Below, piece after piece: positions 1 to 9,474 of a stretch of 32,238 bases of DNA. Location of the stretch: assembly GCA_041180705.1 (NCBI GenBank), contig JBEGRA010000155.1:1-32238 (forward strand). The letters run 5' to 3'. Each line of letters begins with the position of its first letter. Position 1 is the first letter of the stretch. Origin of the DNA: Pseudomonadota bacterium. GTDB lineage: Bacteria > Pseudomonadota > Gammaproteobacteria > Steroidobacterales > Steroidobacteraceae. The translations under genes were made by a program, and so were the position numbers. The notes under the pieces are model-generated. The model made no database searches, was not told the origin of the DNA, and saw only the letters and a list, made by a program, of their open reading frames with translations.

Positions 1-310
1 GCGCCGGGTACGGCTCGCGGAAGTAGCGCGCCATCACCTCGTTCACCGTGCCGAACTGCCCGAGATCGGTCAGGTAGATGGTGACGCGCACGGCGTCATC
101 CAGCGTGCCGCCCGCGGCCGCGGCCACCGCCTTCAGGTTCTCGAATACGCGGGTGGCCTGCGCTTCGATGCCGCCCTCGACGATCGCCATGGTGGCCGGG
201 TCGAGCGGAATCTGCCCGGAGAGGTAGACCGTGTCGCCGGCGCGGATGGCCTGGGAATACGGACCGATGGCCTTGGGGGCGGCGTCGGAATGAATGGGCT
301 GGCGCGACAT
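1..310 (-). CDS. ridA: RidA/YjgF/TdcF family reactive-intermediate deaminase (partial; 3' end outside window)
   Basis: Not in the ORF track because it runs off the window. Reverse complement of 310..1 reads [62 protein letters not shown]..., a textbook RidA N-terminus ([18 protein letters not shown]). ATG is at 310-308. Confidence 0.85.
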   Translation of the reverse strand, partial: MSRQPIHSDAAPKAIGPYSQAIRAGDTVYLSGQIPLDPATMAIVEGGIEAQATRVFENLKAVAAAAGGTLDDAVRVTIYLTDLGQFGTVNEVMARYFREPYPA

Positions 311-484
311 GGGGTTTCCTCGGGTTGTCCTCGGCGCGAATGTTAACCCGACAAGGTGTCGGGGTTCAGGGCGCTTGGGGTTGGTGACCATGGGCGAGTG
401 CCTGCGGTTGACAAGCACGGGCGGCAACGCGAACCATCGACCATCGGGCCGCCATTCGCGGCGCGCCTTCCCAAGGCCACTTTC

Positions 485-2212
485 ATGACCACCCGTCGCC
501 ATTTCCTCACCGGCTCTCTCGCTGCGGCGACGCTCGGTGCCAGCCATCTGGCCGGCGCTGGCGTGAAGCGCTTCCTGACTCGTGGCGGCTCTGCCTTGCT
601 CGTGATGGGTGGGCCCATCTACACCGGCGTCGCGAATCACCCCAAGGTGGAAGCGCTGCTGGTGTTGGAGGGGCGCGTCGCCTATGCCGGCTCGCTGGCC
701 GGCGCCCGCAGTCAGGTGCAGTTGCTGGAAAGCGCGGCGGGCAGCGCTTTCCGCACGTTGGATCTGGCCGGCGCCGCGGCGTTTCCCGGCTTCGTCGATT
801 CCCACGCGCATTTCGTGGGCATTGGCCTGCGCGAGATGACGCTGAACCTCGAAGGCACGGCTTCCATCGCCGAATTGAAAACGCGGCTGGCAAAGTTCGC
901 GGCGGAACAGCCGGCCGGGCCCATCACGGGCCGCGGTTGGATAGAAACCCATTGGCCCGAGGGGCGCTTCCCCACGCGGCAGGATCTGGATGCGGTGGTG
1001 AAGGACCGCCCCGTTTATCTGGAGCGGGCGGACGGGCATGCGGGAGTGGCGAACAGCGTGGCCCTGACGCTGGGTGGCGTGACTGCCGGTACGGTGGACC
1101 CCGCGGGCGGGCAAGTGCTGCGCGATGCGGGCGGTCAGCCCACGGGAATGCTCATCGACCGTGCACAGTCTCTGGTGGCGGACCGCATGCCGCAGCCCGA
1201 CACCCCCATGAAGCGGGAAGCGCTGCGCCGTGCCAATCGCTTGTACTTGCAGCGGGGCTGGACGGGGCTGCATGCCATGAGTGCGGCCGCCGAGGACGTG
1301 ACGCTGGCGACGGCGCTGGCTGGCGCGGGCGAACTGAAACTGCGGTCGGAGCATTACCTTGACCCTTCCGGCGCCGAAGAAGTGCTGGCGCGTGGCCCTT
1401 ATGCGGACGCCACGGGCCGCGTGCGGGTGCGCGGTCTCAAGCTTTACGCGGACGGCGCGCTGGGCTCGCGGGGTGCCGCCTTGCTGGCACCCTACGCCGA
1501 CTCCGCGAAGTCTTCGGGTTTGCTGCAGATGGCGAAGGAAGAGGCGCAGGGCTGGATGCGCCGCGCGCTCAAGGTGAATGCCCAGGTGGCGATGCATGCC
1601 ATCGGCGATCGCGGCAATCGGCTGGTGCTGGACTGGTTTCAGGAGTTGCTGGAGGGCGATGGCACGCCCGAGGGCAAGGCATTCGGTTGGGACCGCCGCT
1701 GGCGCATCGAGCACGCGCAAGTGGTGTCCCCGCAGGACATTCCGCGCTTCGCGAAGTTGGGCGTCATCGCCTCCATGCAGCCATCGCACGCCATCGGCGA
1801 TTTGTATTTCGCTGGCGCGCGCCTTGGCCCGCTACGACTGAAAGGCGCCTATGCGTGGCGCAGCTTGCTGGATGCGGGCGCCACCATTTGTGCCGGCTCC
1901 GATGCGCCGGTGGAAAAGGGCGACCCGCTCATCGAGTTCTACGCGGCGGTGTATCGGCACTCACTCGACGGCTTCGCCGGCCCGAGTTGGGGGCTGGACC
2001 AAGTGGTGACGCGGGCCGAGGCCCTGCGCATGCTCACTTGGGCTCCCGCTTACGCCTGCGGCCGTGAACATGAGCTGGGCAGTCTGCAAGTGGGCAAGAT
2101 GGCAGATCTGAGCGTGTTCTCGAAGGACCTCATGACCGTGCCGCCGGCCGAGATACTGCAGGCGAAGGCGGTCTTCACCGTCGTGAATGGCGAGGTGGTG
2201 TTCGGGGGCTGA
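485..2212 (+). CDS. Amidohydrolase-family metal-dependent hydrolase (YtcJ-like), Tat signal peptide
   Basis: ORF 356..2212. The internal ATG at 485 gives [25 protein letters not shown] (twin-arginine motif). Metal-ligand motifs [21 protein letters not shown] and AGSDAPVE are present. Confidence 0.85.
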   Translation: MTTRRHFLTGSLAAATLGASHLAGAGVKRFLTRGGSALLVMGGPIYTGVANHPKVEALLVLEGRVAYAGSLAGARSQVQLLESAAGSAFRTLDLAGAAAFPGFVDSHAHFVGIGLREMTLNLEGTASIAELKTRLAKFAAEQPAGPITGRGWIETHWPEGRFPTRQDLDAVVKDRPVYLERADGHAGVANSVALTLGGVTAGTVDPAGGQVLRDAGGQPTGMLIDRAQSLVADRMPQPDTPMKREALRRANRLYLQRGWTGLHAMSAAAEDVTLATALAGAGELKLRSEHYLDPSGAEEVLARGPYADATGRVRVRGLKLYADGALGSRGAALLAPYADSAKSSGLLQMAKEEAQGWMRRALKVNAQVAMHAIGDRGNRLVLDWFQELLEGDGTPEGKAFGWDRRWRIEHAQVVSPQDIPRFAKLGVIASMQPSHAIGDLYFAGARLGPLRLKGAYAWRSLLDAGATICAGSDAPVEKGDPLIEFYAAVYRHSLDGFAGPSWGLDQVVTRAEALRMLTWAPAYACGREHELGSLQVGKMADLSVFSKDLMTVPPAEILQAKAVFTVVNGEVVFGG

Positions 2213-2275
2213 GGGTTGGCGGTGGACCGGCGTTGGTCCAGCCTTCGGTCGAGGTCAAGCCAACAACACGCCAAC

Positions 2276-4480
2276 TCAAGCCAGCGTGCGCGTCACCGAC
2301 AGCACGTCTTCCATGTGACGGATGGCGCGGAGTACGCGCGCCAGATGCTTGCGGTCTTCCACCTGCAGTTGGAAGGTGATGGTGGACGCAGCGCTGTCGC
2401 GCTCGGTGAGCGATACCGTGTCGATGTTGGTATCCGTTTCGGCGATGCGGGTGGCCACGGCAGCAAGCACGCCCACCCGGTTCTGCACATCCACGCGCAG
2501 TTGCGAGGCGAACAGCTTGCCCGGCTCGTTCTTCCAGCTGACCGGAATCCATTTGTCCGGCTGCTTTTGCCAGCCCGACACGCTGCCGCAAGTGCTGCGG
2601 TGAATGATGACGCCGCGGCCTGTGGTGAGGTGCGCGGTGATGGGGTCCCCGGGGACCGGGAAGCAGCAGTGCGCGTAGTCCACTGCCAGGCCTTCCGTGC
2701 CGGCGATAGCCAGCGGCACCGTGCCTTCACCGGGGGCTCCGGAAGTGCTCCGCGGAGCGGGGGCGCCCGGCTGCGTAGGGAGCAAGGAACGCGCCACCAA
2801 CGGCGCAAGGCGCTCGCCGAGGCCGATTTGCTCGAAGAGCGCGTCGCGGTCCGCGAGGCTCGCTTCGCGGGCGGCACGGTCTAGCGCGGCTTCGGGTACC
2901 TGCTTCAGTGGCAGCGAGAACTCCTGCAGCGCTTGGTCCAGCAGGCGGCGGCCCAGTTCCACTGCCTCACCGTGCTTCATGCTCTTCAGGTAGTGGCGTA
3001 CGGCAGTGCGCGCCTTTGCGGTGACCACGAAGTTCACCCACACCGGGTTCGGCGTGGCGCCGCGTGCGGTGATGATCTCCACTGTTTGGCCGTTGCGCAG
3101 TTCGGTGCGCAGTGGCACGAGACGGCGGTCGATCTTGGCCGCCACGCAGCGGTTGCCCACGCCGGTGTGCACGGCGTAGGCGTAGTCGACGCAGGTAGCG
3201 CCGCGCGGCAGTCGCAGGATGTCGCCCTTCGGCGTGAACACGTAGACCTTGTCCGGAAAGAGGTCCACGCGAACGCTTTCCAGGAACTCTTCGGAGGTGC
3301 CGCCCTCCTGAATCTGCATCAGGCCCTTCAGCCATTCGCGGGCCCGTTCCTGCTGCGCGCTCCCGGTGTCTTCATCACCGGTCTTGTACTGCCAGTGGGC
3401 AGCGATGCCGCTTTCCGCCAGACGGTGCATTTCGGTGGTGCGTATCTGCACTTCGAGCGGAATGCCGTTGGGCCCGAACAGCGTGGTGTGCAACGACTGG
3501 TAGCCGTTGATGCGCGGGATGGCGATGTAGTCCTTGAAGCGCCCCGGCATGGGCTTGTAGAGCCCATGCACCAAGCCGAGCACGCGATAGCAGGTGTCCA
3601 CGCTGTCCACGACGACGCGGAAGCCGTAGACGTCGACCACTTCCGACAGCGGCACCTGCTTCTTCAGCATCTTCTGGTAGATGCTGTAGAGGTGCTTCTC
3701 GCGCGCGTCCACCTGGCCCTTCAGGCCGGCTTTTTTCAACGCGCCTTCGATGCTTTCGCTGATGCGCGGCAGGAACTGCTTCTGGTTGCCGCGCGCGCGC
3801 TTCAGTTCGCGTTCGATGACTCGATAGCGCTTAGGGTAAAGCGCCTGGAAGCCGAGGTCTTCGAGTTCGAGACGGACGGAATTGATGCCGAGGCGATTGG
3901 CGATGGGCGCGTAGATGTCGAGCGTTTCGCGTGCGATGCGGCGGCGCTTCGGCGCGGGCATGACGCCGAGCGAACGCATGTTGTGCGTGCGGTCGGCGAG
4001 CTTCACCATGATGACGCGGATGTCCCGCACCATCGCGAGGATCATCTTGCGGAAGCTCTCCGCCTGCGCCTCGGCCTTGCTCTTGAACTGGACTTTGTCC
4101 AGCTTCGACACGCCATCGACGATTTCCGCCACGTCGCGACCGAAGCGGGCGGCGATGTCGTCCTTCGCGGTGGGCGTGTCTTCGATGACATCGTGGAGGA
4201 GGGCAGCGCAGAGCGTCTGCCAGTCCATGCGCAGACCGGCGAGGATGCCGGCCGCGGCGATGGGGTGCGTGATGTACGGTTCGCCCGTCATCCGCTTCTG
4301 GCCGCGGTGGGCCTCGTTCGCTACCTCGTACGCTTCGCGGACACGCTCGATGTCGTCCGGGGGGAGGTAGGTTTCCAGCAGCGTGAGCAGCTGCTGGATG
4401 CCCGGCGACCGCCAGTTACCCGCCCACCCGCTTTTCCAGCTGTCGGGCAGCAGGTTCAGCAGGCTGGACGGCGTGTCCAT
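2276..4480 (-). CDS. spoT: Bifunctional (p)ppGpp synthetase / guanosine-3',5'-bis(diphosphate) 3'-pyrophosphohydrolase
   Basis: 734 aa. HD hydrolase motif LLHDVIEDT, RelA/SpoT synthetase motif NGYQSLHTTL, TGS region VYVFTPKGDILRLPRGATCVDYAYAVHTGVG, C-terminal ACT-like region. Lies 20 nt downstream of rpoZ, as in the classical rpoZ-spoT operon. Confidence 0.93.
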   Translation of the reverse strand: MDTPSSLLNLLPDSWKSGWAGNWRSPGIQQLLTLLETYLPPDDIERVREAYEVANEAHRGQKRMTGEPYITHPIAAAGILAGLRMDWQTLCAALLHDVIEDTPTAKDDIAARFGRDVAEIVDGVSKLDKVQFKSKAEAQAESFRKMILAMVRDIRVIMVKLADRTHNMRSLGVMPAPKRRRIARETLDIYAPIANRLGINSVRLELEDLGFQALYPKRYRVIERELKRARGNQKQFLPRISESIEGALKKAGLKGQVDAREKHLYSIYQKMLKKQVPLSEVVDVYGFRVVVDSVDTCYRVLGLVHGLYKPMPGRFKDYIAIPRINGYQSLHTTLFGPNGIPLEVQIRTTEMHRLAESGIAAHWQYKTGDEDTGSAQQERAREWLKGLMQIQEGGTSEEFLESVRVDLFPDKVYVFTPKGDILRLPRGATCVDYAYAVHTGVGNRCVAAKIDRRLVPLRTELRNGQTVEIITARGATPNPVWVNFVVTAKARTAVRHYLKSMKHGEAVELGRRLLDQALQEFSLPLKQVPEAALDRAAREASLADRDALFEQIGLGERLAPLVARSLLPTQPGAPAPRSTSGAPGEGTVPLAIAGTEGLAVDYAHCCFPVPGDPITAHLTTGRGVIIHRSTCGSVSGWQKQPDKWIPVSWKNEPGKLFASQLRVDVQNRVGVLAAVATRIAETDTNIDTVSLTERDSAASTITFQLQVEDRKHLARVLRAIRHMEDVLSVTRTLA

Positions 4481-4500
4481 GACGGGCTGGCCGGGCGCGG

Positions 4501-4785
4501 TCAGTCACCCAGGCCGAGCTGCGGGGCGCGGAAGTCCGACGGGATTTCCATGCCGAAATCAGCGGGATTCGGCTCGGGCGGCAGTTCCACTTCCTGCAGC
4601 AGCGCGCGGGTGACATGGCCTTCGGCGATTTCACGCAGCGCCACCACGGTGGGCTTGTCGTTGCCGGCGGTCACGTAGGTTTCGGCGCCGTTGGCGATGC
4701 GACGGGCGCGCTTGGCGGCCAGCAGAACCAGCTCGAACTGGTTGTCCACGCTGGAGAGACAGTCTTCGACGGTGATGCGGGCCAT
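4501..4785 (-). CDS. rpoZ: DNA-directed RNA polymerase subunit omega
   Basis: 94 aa. [33 protein letters not shown] is the canonical RpoZ N-terminus. Confidence 0.95.
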   Translation of the reverse strand: MARITVEDCLSSVDNQFELVLLAAKRARRIANGAETYVTAGNDKPTVVALREIAEGHVTRALLQEVELPPEPNPADFGMEIPSDFRAPQLGLGD

Positions 4786-4917
4786 GGAAAAGCTTCCGGA
4801 AAACGAAATCGGGTCGTGAAGATTACCACCAATTCAGGCACTTACGCCAGTTTTGGGGGCTGGGTTCTGCGGATTTCCCCCGGTAAAATGGGGTCGGACA
4901 CCAAGGAGGGTTGCGAG

Positions 4918-5187
4918 ATGGGTCATATCGATTGCAATATCGTCGTACCAATCGACGATGGATGCGTGCAGCGTATGGATGACGTAGTCACGGTGTCACC
5001 CAAGTTCCAGGTGGTTATCCCGGCCCGGTTGCGGCAACAGCTGGGTTTGCAGCCGGGTGCCAAGTTGCAAGCCATGGTCTACGCCGGGCAGCTCATGTTC
5101 GTGCCGGTGCCTGCGCCACGTTCGCTGCGCGGGGCATTGGCCGGCATCGACACCGCGGTGCCGCGCGACGAACCTGACCGGGTGTAG
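4918..5187 (+). CDS. vapB: AbrB/MazE/SpoVT-fold antitoxin (VapB-like)
   Basis: Core VTVSPKFQVVIPARLRQQLGLQPGAKL is a SpoVT/AbrB swapped-hairpin motif. Its stop lies 2 nt before the PIN gene. The ATG at 4918 has a strong AAGGAGG (4903-4909) 8 nt upstream. An alternative ATG at 4975 (MDDVVTVS...) gives a more typical N-terminus but has no SD, so the start is uncertain. Confidence 0.75.
   Translation: MGHIDCNIVVPIDDGCVQRMDDVVTVSPKFQVVIPARLRQQLGLQPGAKLQAMVYAGQLMFVPVPAPRSLRGALAGIDTAVPRDEPDRV
4925..4959. promoter_or_regulatory. Cluster of symmetric elements at the 5' end of vapB (candidate TA operator)
   Basis: ATATCG direct repeat (4925-4930 and 4937-4942) flanks the perfect palindrome ATTGCAAT (4931-4938). 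Then the inverted repeat ATCGTCG-N7-CGACGAT (4939-4959). The stretch is locally AT-richer than its surroundings. Confidence 0.3.
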
Positions 5188-5189
5188 CC

Positions 5190-5588
5190 ATGGCGGGTTC
5201 CCGGCTCGCGGTCATCGACAGTTCGGCCTGGCTGGAATACTTCGCCGGTGGTCCCAATGCGGAAGCGTTTGCGGCGCCTATCGAAGATTTGCCCAACCGA
5301 TTGGTGCCCTCGCTTACCTTGTTCGAGGTGTTCAAGCGTCTGCTGTTGCAGGTAGGCGAAGCGCAGGCCTTGCGGGCCGTGGCGAGCATGCGGGCGGGGC
5401 AAGTGGTGGAACTGGACGCGGATATCGCTGTGGAAGCGGCGCGCCTGTCTGCGCAAGCCGGGCTGGCCATGGCGGATTCCGTGGTGTTGGCCACGGCGAG
5501 GGTCCATGGCGGCGAACTCTGGACCCAAGACGCAGATTTCGCTGGAATGGCTGATGTTCGCTATTTCCCCAAGCGAACCGCGGCCTAA
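5190..5588 (+). CDS. vapC: PIN-domain ribonuclease toxin (VapC-like)
   Basis: 132 aa. N-terminal acidic motif LAVIDSSAWLEYF, C-terminal LWTQDADF, typical PIN size, immediately downstream of the antitoxin gene. Confidence 0.85.
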   Translation: MAGSRLAVIDSSAWLEYFAGGPNAEAFAAPIEDLPNRLVPSLTLFEVFKRLLLQVGEAQALRAVASMRAGQVVELDADIAVEAARLSAQAGLAMADSVVLATARVHGGELWTQDADFAGMADVRYFPKRTAA

Positions 5589-5621
5589 GGGTAAAAGCGC
5601 GTCCTGATTTCGGACTTTCTC

Positions 5622-6266
5622 TTAACTTTTATCCAGCAATGTCGCCGCGAACGCCGCCAGTCCCGGGCGCGAGGCGCGCAGGTCGTCCACGGCCGCGCCA
5701 CCGCCGGCATCTGCCACGCGGATGAGTTGCGCAAGGGCGTCCTCGAACACGTCATTCACCAGCACGAACCCGAACTCGTGCCAGTGCGATAGCTCCGTGA
5801 CGGAGTCCTGCAGGCGCCTCGCGATGACCTCCGGGCTGTCTGTGCCGCGGCCGCGCAGGCGCTGTTCCAGTTCGGCTCGCGAGGGCGGCAGGATGAACAC
5901 CTGCACCGCCTCCGGCAGCTTCGCCCGCACCTGCTGTGCGCCCTGCCAGTCGATCTCCAGGATCAGGCTCTCGCCGCGCGCCAAAGCCTGCTGCACCACG
6001 TGCAGCCCGGTGCCGTAGTAGTTGTCGAACACACGGGCCCATTCCAGCAGTTCGCCGCGTTCCACCATGGCCTCGAATGTCGTGCGGTCGACGAAGTGGT
6101 AGTCGCGCCCGTCCAATTCGTTGGGGCGCATGGGCCGCGTGGTGTAGGAAACCGAGAACTTCAGCTGTGGCCGCGCCGCCATGAGAGCGCGAACCAGGCT
6201 GGTCTTGCCGGTGCCACTGGGGGCGGCGACCACGTAAAGGTGGCCGCGGGTGGGAGATGAGGGCAC
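5622..6266 (-). CDS. gmk: Guanylate kinase
   Basis: P-loop AAPSGTGKTSL, VSYTTRPMRPNELDGRDYHFV, ELLEWARVFDNYYGT. The longest ORF reaches 6398, but its N-terminal 44 aa are low-complexity and overlap the neighbouring upstream region. The GTG at 6266 (giving PSSPTRGHLYVVAAPSG) yields a normal ~214-aa Gmk. Confidence 0.88.
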   Translation of the reverse strand: MPSSPTRGHLYVVAAPSGTGKTSLVRALMAARPQLKFSVSYTTRPMRPNELDGRDYHFVDRTTFEAMVERGELLEWARVFDNYYGTGLHVVQQALARGESLILEIDWQGAQQVRAKLPEAVQVFILPPSRAELEQRLRGRGTDSPEVIARRLQDSVTELSHWHEFGFVLVNDVFEDALAQLIRVADAGGGAAVDDLRASRPGLAAFAATLLDKS

Positions 6267-6436
6267 GACGCGAGTTCCGTGTTGGCTGGAGCAGGGCTGC
6301 GGCAAAGCCGGCGGGGGTGAAGGGTAGACGCTCGCCGCACGGGGGACAACTGGGCTTTTCTGCCAGTACACAGCCACGGCGCGGCGCGTTACGCTCACCC
6401 GACAACAGACACGGGCGCAGACCCGAAGGGGGCATC

Positions 6437-7672
6437 ATGGCGCGCAAGAAAGACACTCCACCCGCCGACCGTCTGCGTCGGCAGTTCCTGCAGGGAGCGG
6501 GGCTCGCAGGGCTGGCCGGTGCTGGCATGGCCGCCTTCAGCGGTGCTGCGGCCGGCGCGGAAACTTCGCCGGCCTCAACCGTTGGTGGCAGCGCTGCCGC
6601 GGCAAGCAAGGCCAGCGTGGCTGCCGCCAAGCGGGGCAGTTATCTCACGGTGCCTCTGCGTCAGGACGCCATCAGCGTTTCCGCCATCCAGTCACGGGTG
6701 CGTTCGGTGGATGTCCGCAATCTCGCCGCGACCATGCAAGCCAACCTCGACCACGTGCTTCGGCTGGTCGATATCGCGCAGGGGTCCCCTGAAGAGTGGG
6801 GCGGCGAGCAGCGCTGGGGTGGCCACCAGGACCTCATCTGCATGCACGAGTTTCCGCTGCAGGGTTTCCAGCCGTGGACGCGCAAGGAACTGCAGCGCGT
6901 GGCCATCGACCTGCCCGGGCCCGAAACCCAGGCCATCGGTGCGCGTGCGAAGAAGTACAACTGCTACATCGCCTTCGGCTGCTACGCGAAGCTGAAAGAG
7001 TGGCCGGGGCATGTCATCAACATGTCGGTCATCGTAGGGCCCTCCGGCGAAATTGTTTCCACGCAATGGAAGAGCCGCAATGCGCTGGGTCTCTTCGGCG
7101 ACGGCGCGCTCATCGGCACCACCACCTACGACGTGCTGGACCGCTACGTGGAAATGTATGGCTGGGACGCCGTGCTGCCCATTGCGCGCACGGATATCGG
7201 CAACATCGCCATGACTTCGGTAGGCATGGAGCCCATCCTCTACCAATGCATGGCGATGAAGGGTGCCGAGCTGCTCATCCTCACCGTCACCGGCGGATCC
7301 AACGCGGAGACCGCAAAGCAGACGGCGCGCGCAAACCGTTGCTACACCGTTGGCGTGGGCAATTCGGTGTCGCCGGACAACCTCGGCTTCATGGATGCCG
7401 CGGGCGCCAAAGACGAAGGCACGGTCATCTGCGATGCCCGCGGTACGGTGATCGGGCAAACCGAAAACCACCACGAAGACGTTGCTGCAGCGAGCATTCC
7501 CATCGCCAGTTTCCGCAAGACGCGGCGCATGGCGGAAGTGCCCGTGGCCTTGCTGTTGCCGGTGTTGCAGCAGTACGAACCGGTGTTCGGTCCCAACGCC
7601 TTTCTGGATTACCTGCCCACCGACTACAAGGATGGCGGTGCGTATCTGCGGCGGCGGATGGCCGGCAAGTAG
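6437..7672 (+). CDS. Carbon-nitrogen hydrolase (nitrilase/aliphatic-amidase superfamily) protein with Tat signal
   Basis: The ATG at 6437 follows GAAGGGGG. MARKKDTPPADRLRRQFLQGAGLAGLAGAG is a twin-arginine signal. Amidase-like blocks DLICMHEFPLQGF (Glu), IVSTQWKSRN (Lys) and CMAMKGAELLIL are present. The expected nucleophile position reads MTSVG (see findings). Confidence 0.8.
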   Translation: MARKKDTPPADRLRRQFLQGAGLAGLAGAGMAAFSGAAAGAETSPASTVGGSAAAASKASVAAAKRGSYLTVPLRQDAISVSAIQSRVRSVDVRNLAATMQANLDHVLRLVDIAQGSPEEWGGEQRWGGHQDLICMHEFPLQGFQPWTRKELQRVAIDLPGPETQAIGARAKKYNCYIAFGCYAKLKEWPGHVINMSVIVGPSGEIVSTQWKSRNALGLFGDGALIGTTTYDVLDRYVEMYGWDAVLPIARTDIGNIAMTSVGMEPILYQCMAMKGAELLILTVTGGSNAETAKQTARANRCYTVGVGNSVSPDNLGFMDAAGAKDEGTVICDARGTVIGQTENHHEDVAAASIPIASFRKTRRMAEVPVALLLPVLQQYEPVFGPNAFLDYLPTDYKDGGAYLRRRMAGK

Positions 7673-7699
7673 CCGGTACCGCCACCGCAGACGCGGTCT

Positions 7700-8029
7700 T
7701 CAGCGGGCAGCCAGCCTGGCACCACCGATGGCAGCCGCCACGCTGGCGGTGGCTTGTTGCAGCGCTTGGTACCGGCACTCCCGCTCGGCCCGCATCTCGT
7801 TCAGTTCCCGCAGGTCCGGTGGCGGGCCGCACACCGTCTTCACGGCAGCGCGAACTCTGCGCTGCAAGGTACTCACCCCTTCGTGGGTGTTCAGGTTCAG
7901 GTCGGCGTAGCTGACACTTGCGTGGCGGACCACGGGCTCGGCGTGGCTGGTAACCGTAGCGGCCAGCAGCGCTACGGCGATGACGCCGGCAGCGCGGCGG
8001 CGCTGTACGGCACAAGGCATGACGTCCAT
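7700..8029 (-). CDS. UrcA-family secreted protein
   Basis: The ATG at 8029 is preceded by GAGGAG. Signal peptide MDVMPCAVQRRRAAGVIAVALLAATVTSHA, then VSYADLNLNTHEGVSTLQRRVRAAVKTVC, the UrcA-family signature as I recall it. Confidence 0.7.
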   Translation of the reverse strand: MDVMPCAVQRRRAAGVIAVALLAATVTSHAEPVVRHASVSYADLNLNTHEGVSTLQRRVRAAVKTVCGPPPDLRELNEMRAERECRYQALQQATASVAAAIGGARLAAR

Positions 8030-8184
8030 GTGAAACTCCTCGCCCGCATCCTGCGGGCTGCATCGGCTTCGAACTTCACCTGACGGTTTGCCGCTGGCAG
8101 CGGACAACCGTCAGGGAGAGGTTTACGCCTTGGCGTCTCGCACTGTCGCCCTGAATTGCAGCGCCGGGAGTGACCTAAACCGAC

Positions 8185-9474
8185 TTACTTCGCGGACAAG
8201 GCGCGCACGGTCTCGTAGAGGAACACGCGTCCGTCGAGCAGCGACTTCACGCGGATGCGCTCGTTCAAGCCGTGGGCTCGCGGGCCTTCCGCATCGTGGA
8301 ACAGCCCGGAAAGGCCATAGGTGGCAATACCGGCCGCATTCAGGAAGCGACCATCGGTAGCACCGGTGGACATGGTGGGCACCACGGGCACGCCCGGCCA
8401 AAGGCCGGCGGCCACTTGGCGTACGGTGGCCAGCAGGTCATCGCCGATGACCGGGGGCACGGTGGTAAAGCCTTGCTCGCCGCCGAGCGTCACGGCGATC
8501 CGTGCATCGCCCATCGTCGCCACCAGTTGCTGCCGAACGTCCTCGATGGTCACGCCGGGGAAGATGCGGCAGTTCACGTTGGCGCGGGCGCGTTGCGGTA
8601 GCGCATTCGGAGCGTGGCCAGCATTCAGCTGCGTGGCCACGCAAGTGGTGCGCAGCATGCTGTTCCAGCCGGGACTGGCGTTCCAGATGACATCCTGCGC
8701 TGCCAGGTTGTCCGGGTTCTGCAGGACTTCGCGCATGGCCGCTGCCACTTCCGCCGGTGCGGTAGCGGCCTGCGCGGCGAAGTAGGCGCGCGTGGTGAAG
8801 TTCAGAGTCACGGGGAAGCGGTAAGCCGTAAGCTTCACCAAGCCCTGGGCCAGCACGCTGATGGCAGTGGCTTGCTTGGGCCGTGAGTTGTGGCCGCCGC
8901 CGTCCATGACTTCCAGTTGGAAGTCCTGATAGGTTTTCTCGCCGGCTTGAGTCTGCAGGGCCACCGGCTTGCCGTTCGCGTCGAGTTCGCCGCCAGCCCC
9001 TTCATTCAGCGCGAACGCTGCATCGATGAGGTCACGGCGGTTGTCCACCAGCCACTTCACGGTGTTGGAGGTGTCCGAGGTTTCTTCGCCGCAGGTGAGC
9101 GCTAGCTTCATGGGGCGCTGCGGCTGGTAACCCTGCTGCCGGAAGCGGATGAAGGTGTCCGTGAAGATGGCAGCCATGGCCTTGTCATCACTGGCACCAC
9201 GTGCGTAGAACCAGCCACCCTCTTCCACGAGCTTGAAAGGGTCGCGCTCCCAGTCGGCACGCTTTGCCTCCACGACGTCGATATGCGCCAGCAACAGCAG
9301 GGGCTTGAGCGCCGGGTTCTTGCCGCGATAGACCGCCACGAGTCCCCCGTCGTTCGGGAAGCCGGGCACGTCGACCATTTCGGCGTCGGCGGCGGGGAAG
9401 CCGGCAGCGAGCAGGCGCGCGCGCATGGCTGCGGCCGCTTCGGTACACTTGCGGGCGGAGCGGGAGGGCGCAAG
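8185..9474 (-). pseudogene. M20/M25/M40 metallopeptidase, 3' part (catalytic body) of a gene split by the 9475-31043 block
   Basis: Motifs LLLAHIDVVEAKRADWERDPF, ARGASDDKAMAA, LNEGAGGE, MSTGATDGRF. There is no signal peptide or N-terminal region. The frame stays open upstream of ATG 9426 (..RLAPSRSARKCTEAAAAMRARLLAAGF), but GC-rich host-like sequence stops near 9474. Confidence 0.8.

Noticed and set aside
2933-4678. Long plus-strand ORF (581 aa) antisense to spoT. Similar long shadow ORFs occur at 5752-6630, 6796-7914, 12747-14675, 14817-15962, 25238-26299, 27585-28586 and 29015-29947.
   Set aside because: Their translations are Arg/Ala/Gly/Pro-rich low-complexity strings with no recognisable motifs. 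Each lies fully antisense to a gene with strong family signatures. Such stop-free antisense frames are expected in high-GC DNA.
4861-4889. Possible sigma70 promoter for vapBC (TGGGTT-N17-TAAAAT, with the -10 at 4884-4889).
   Set aside because: The -35 match is poor and I cannot score it objectively. The -10-like hexamer alone is weak evidence.
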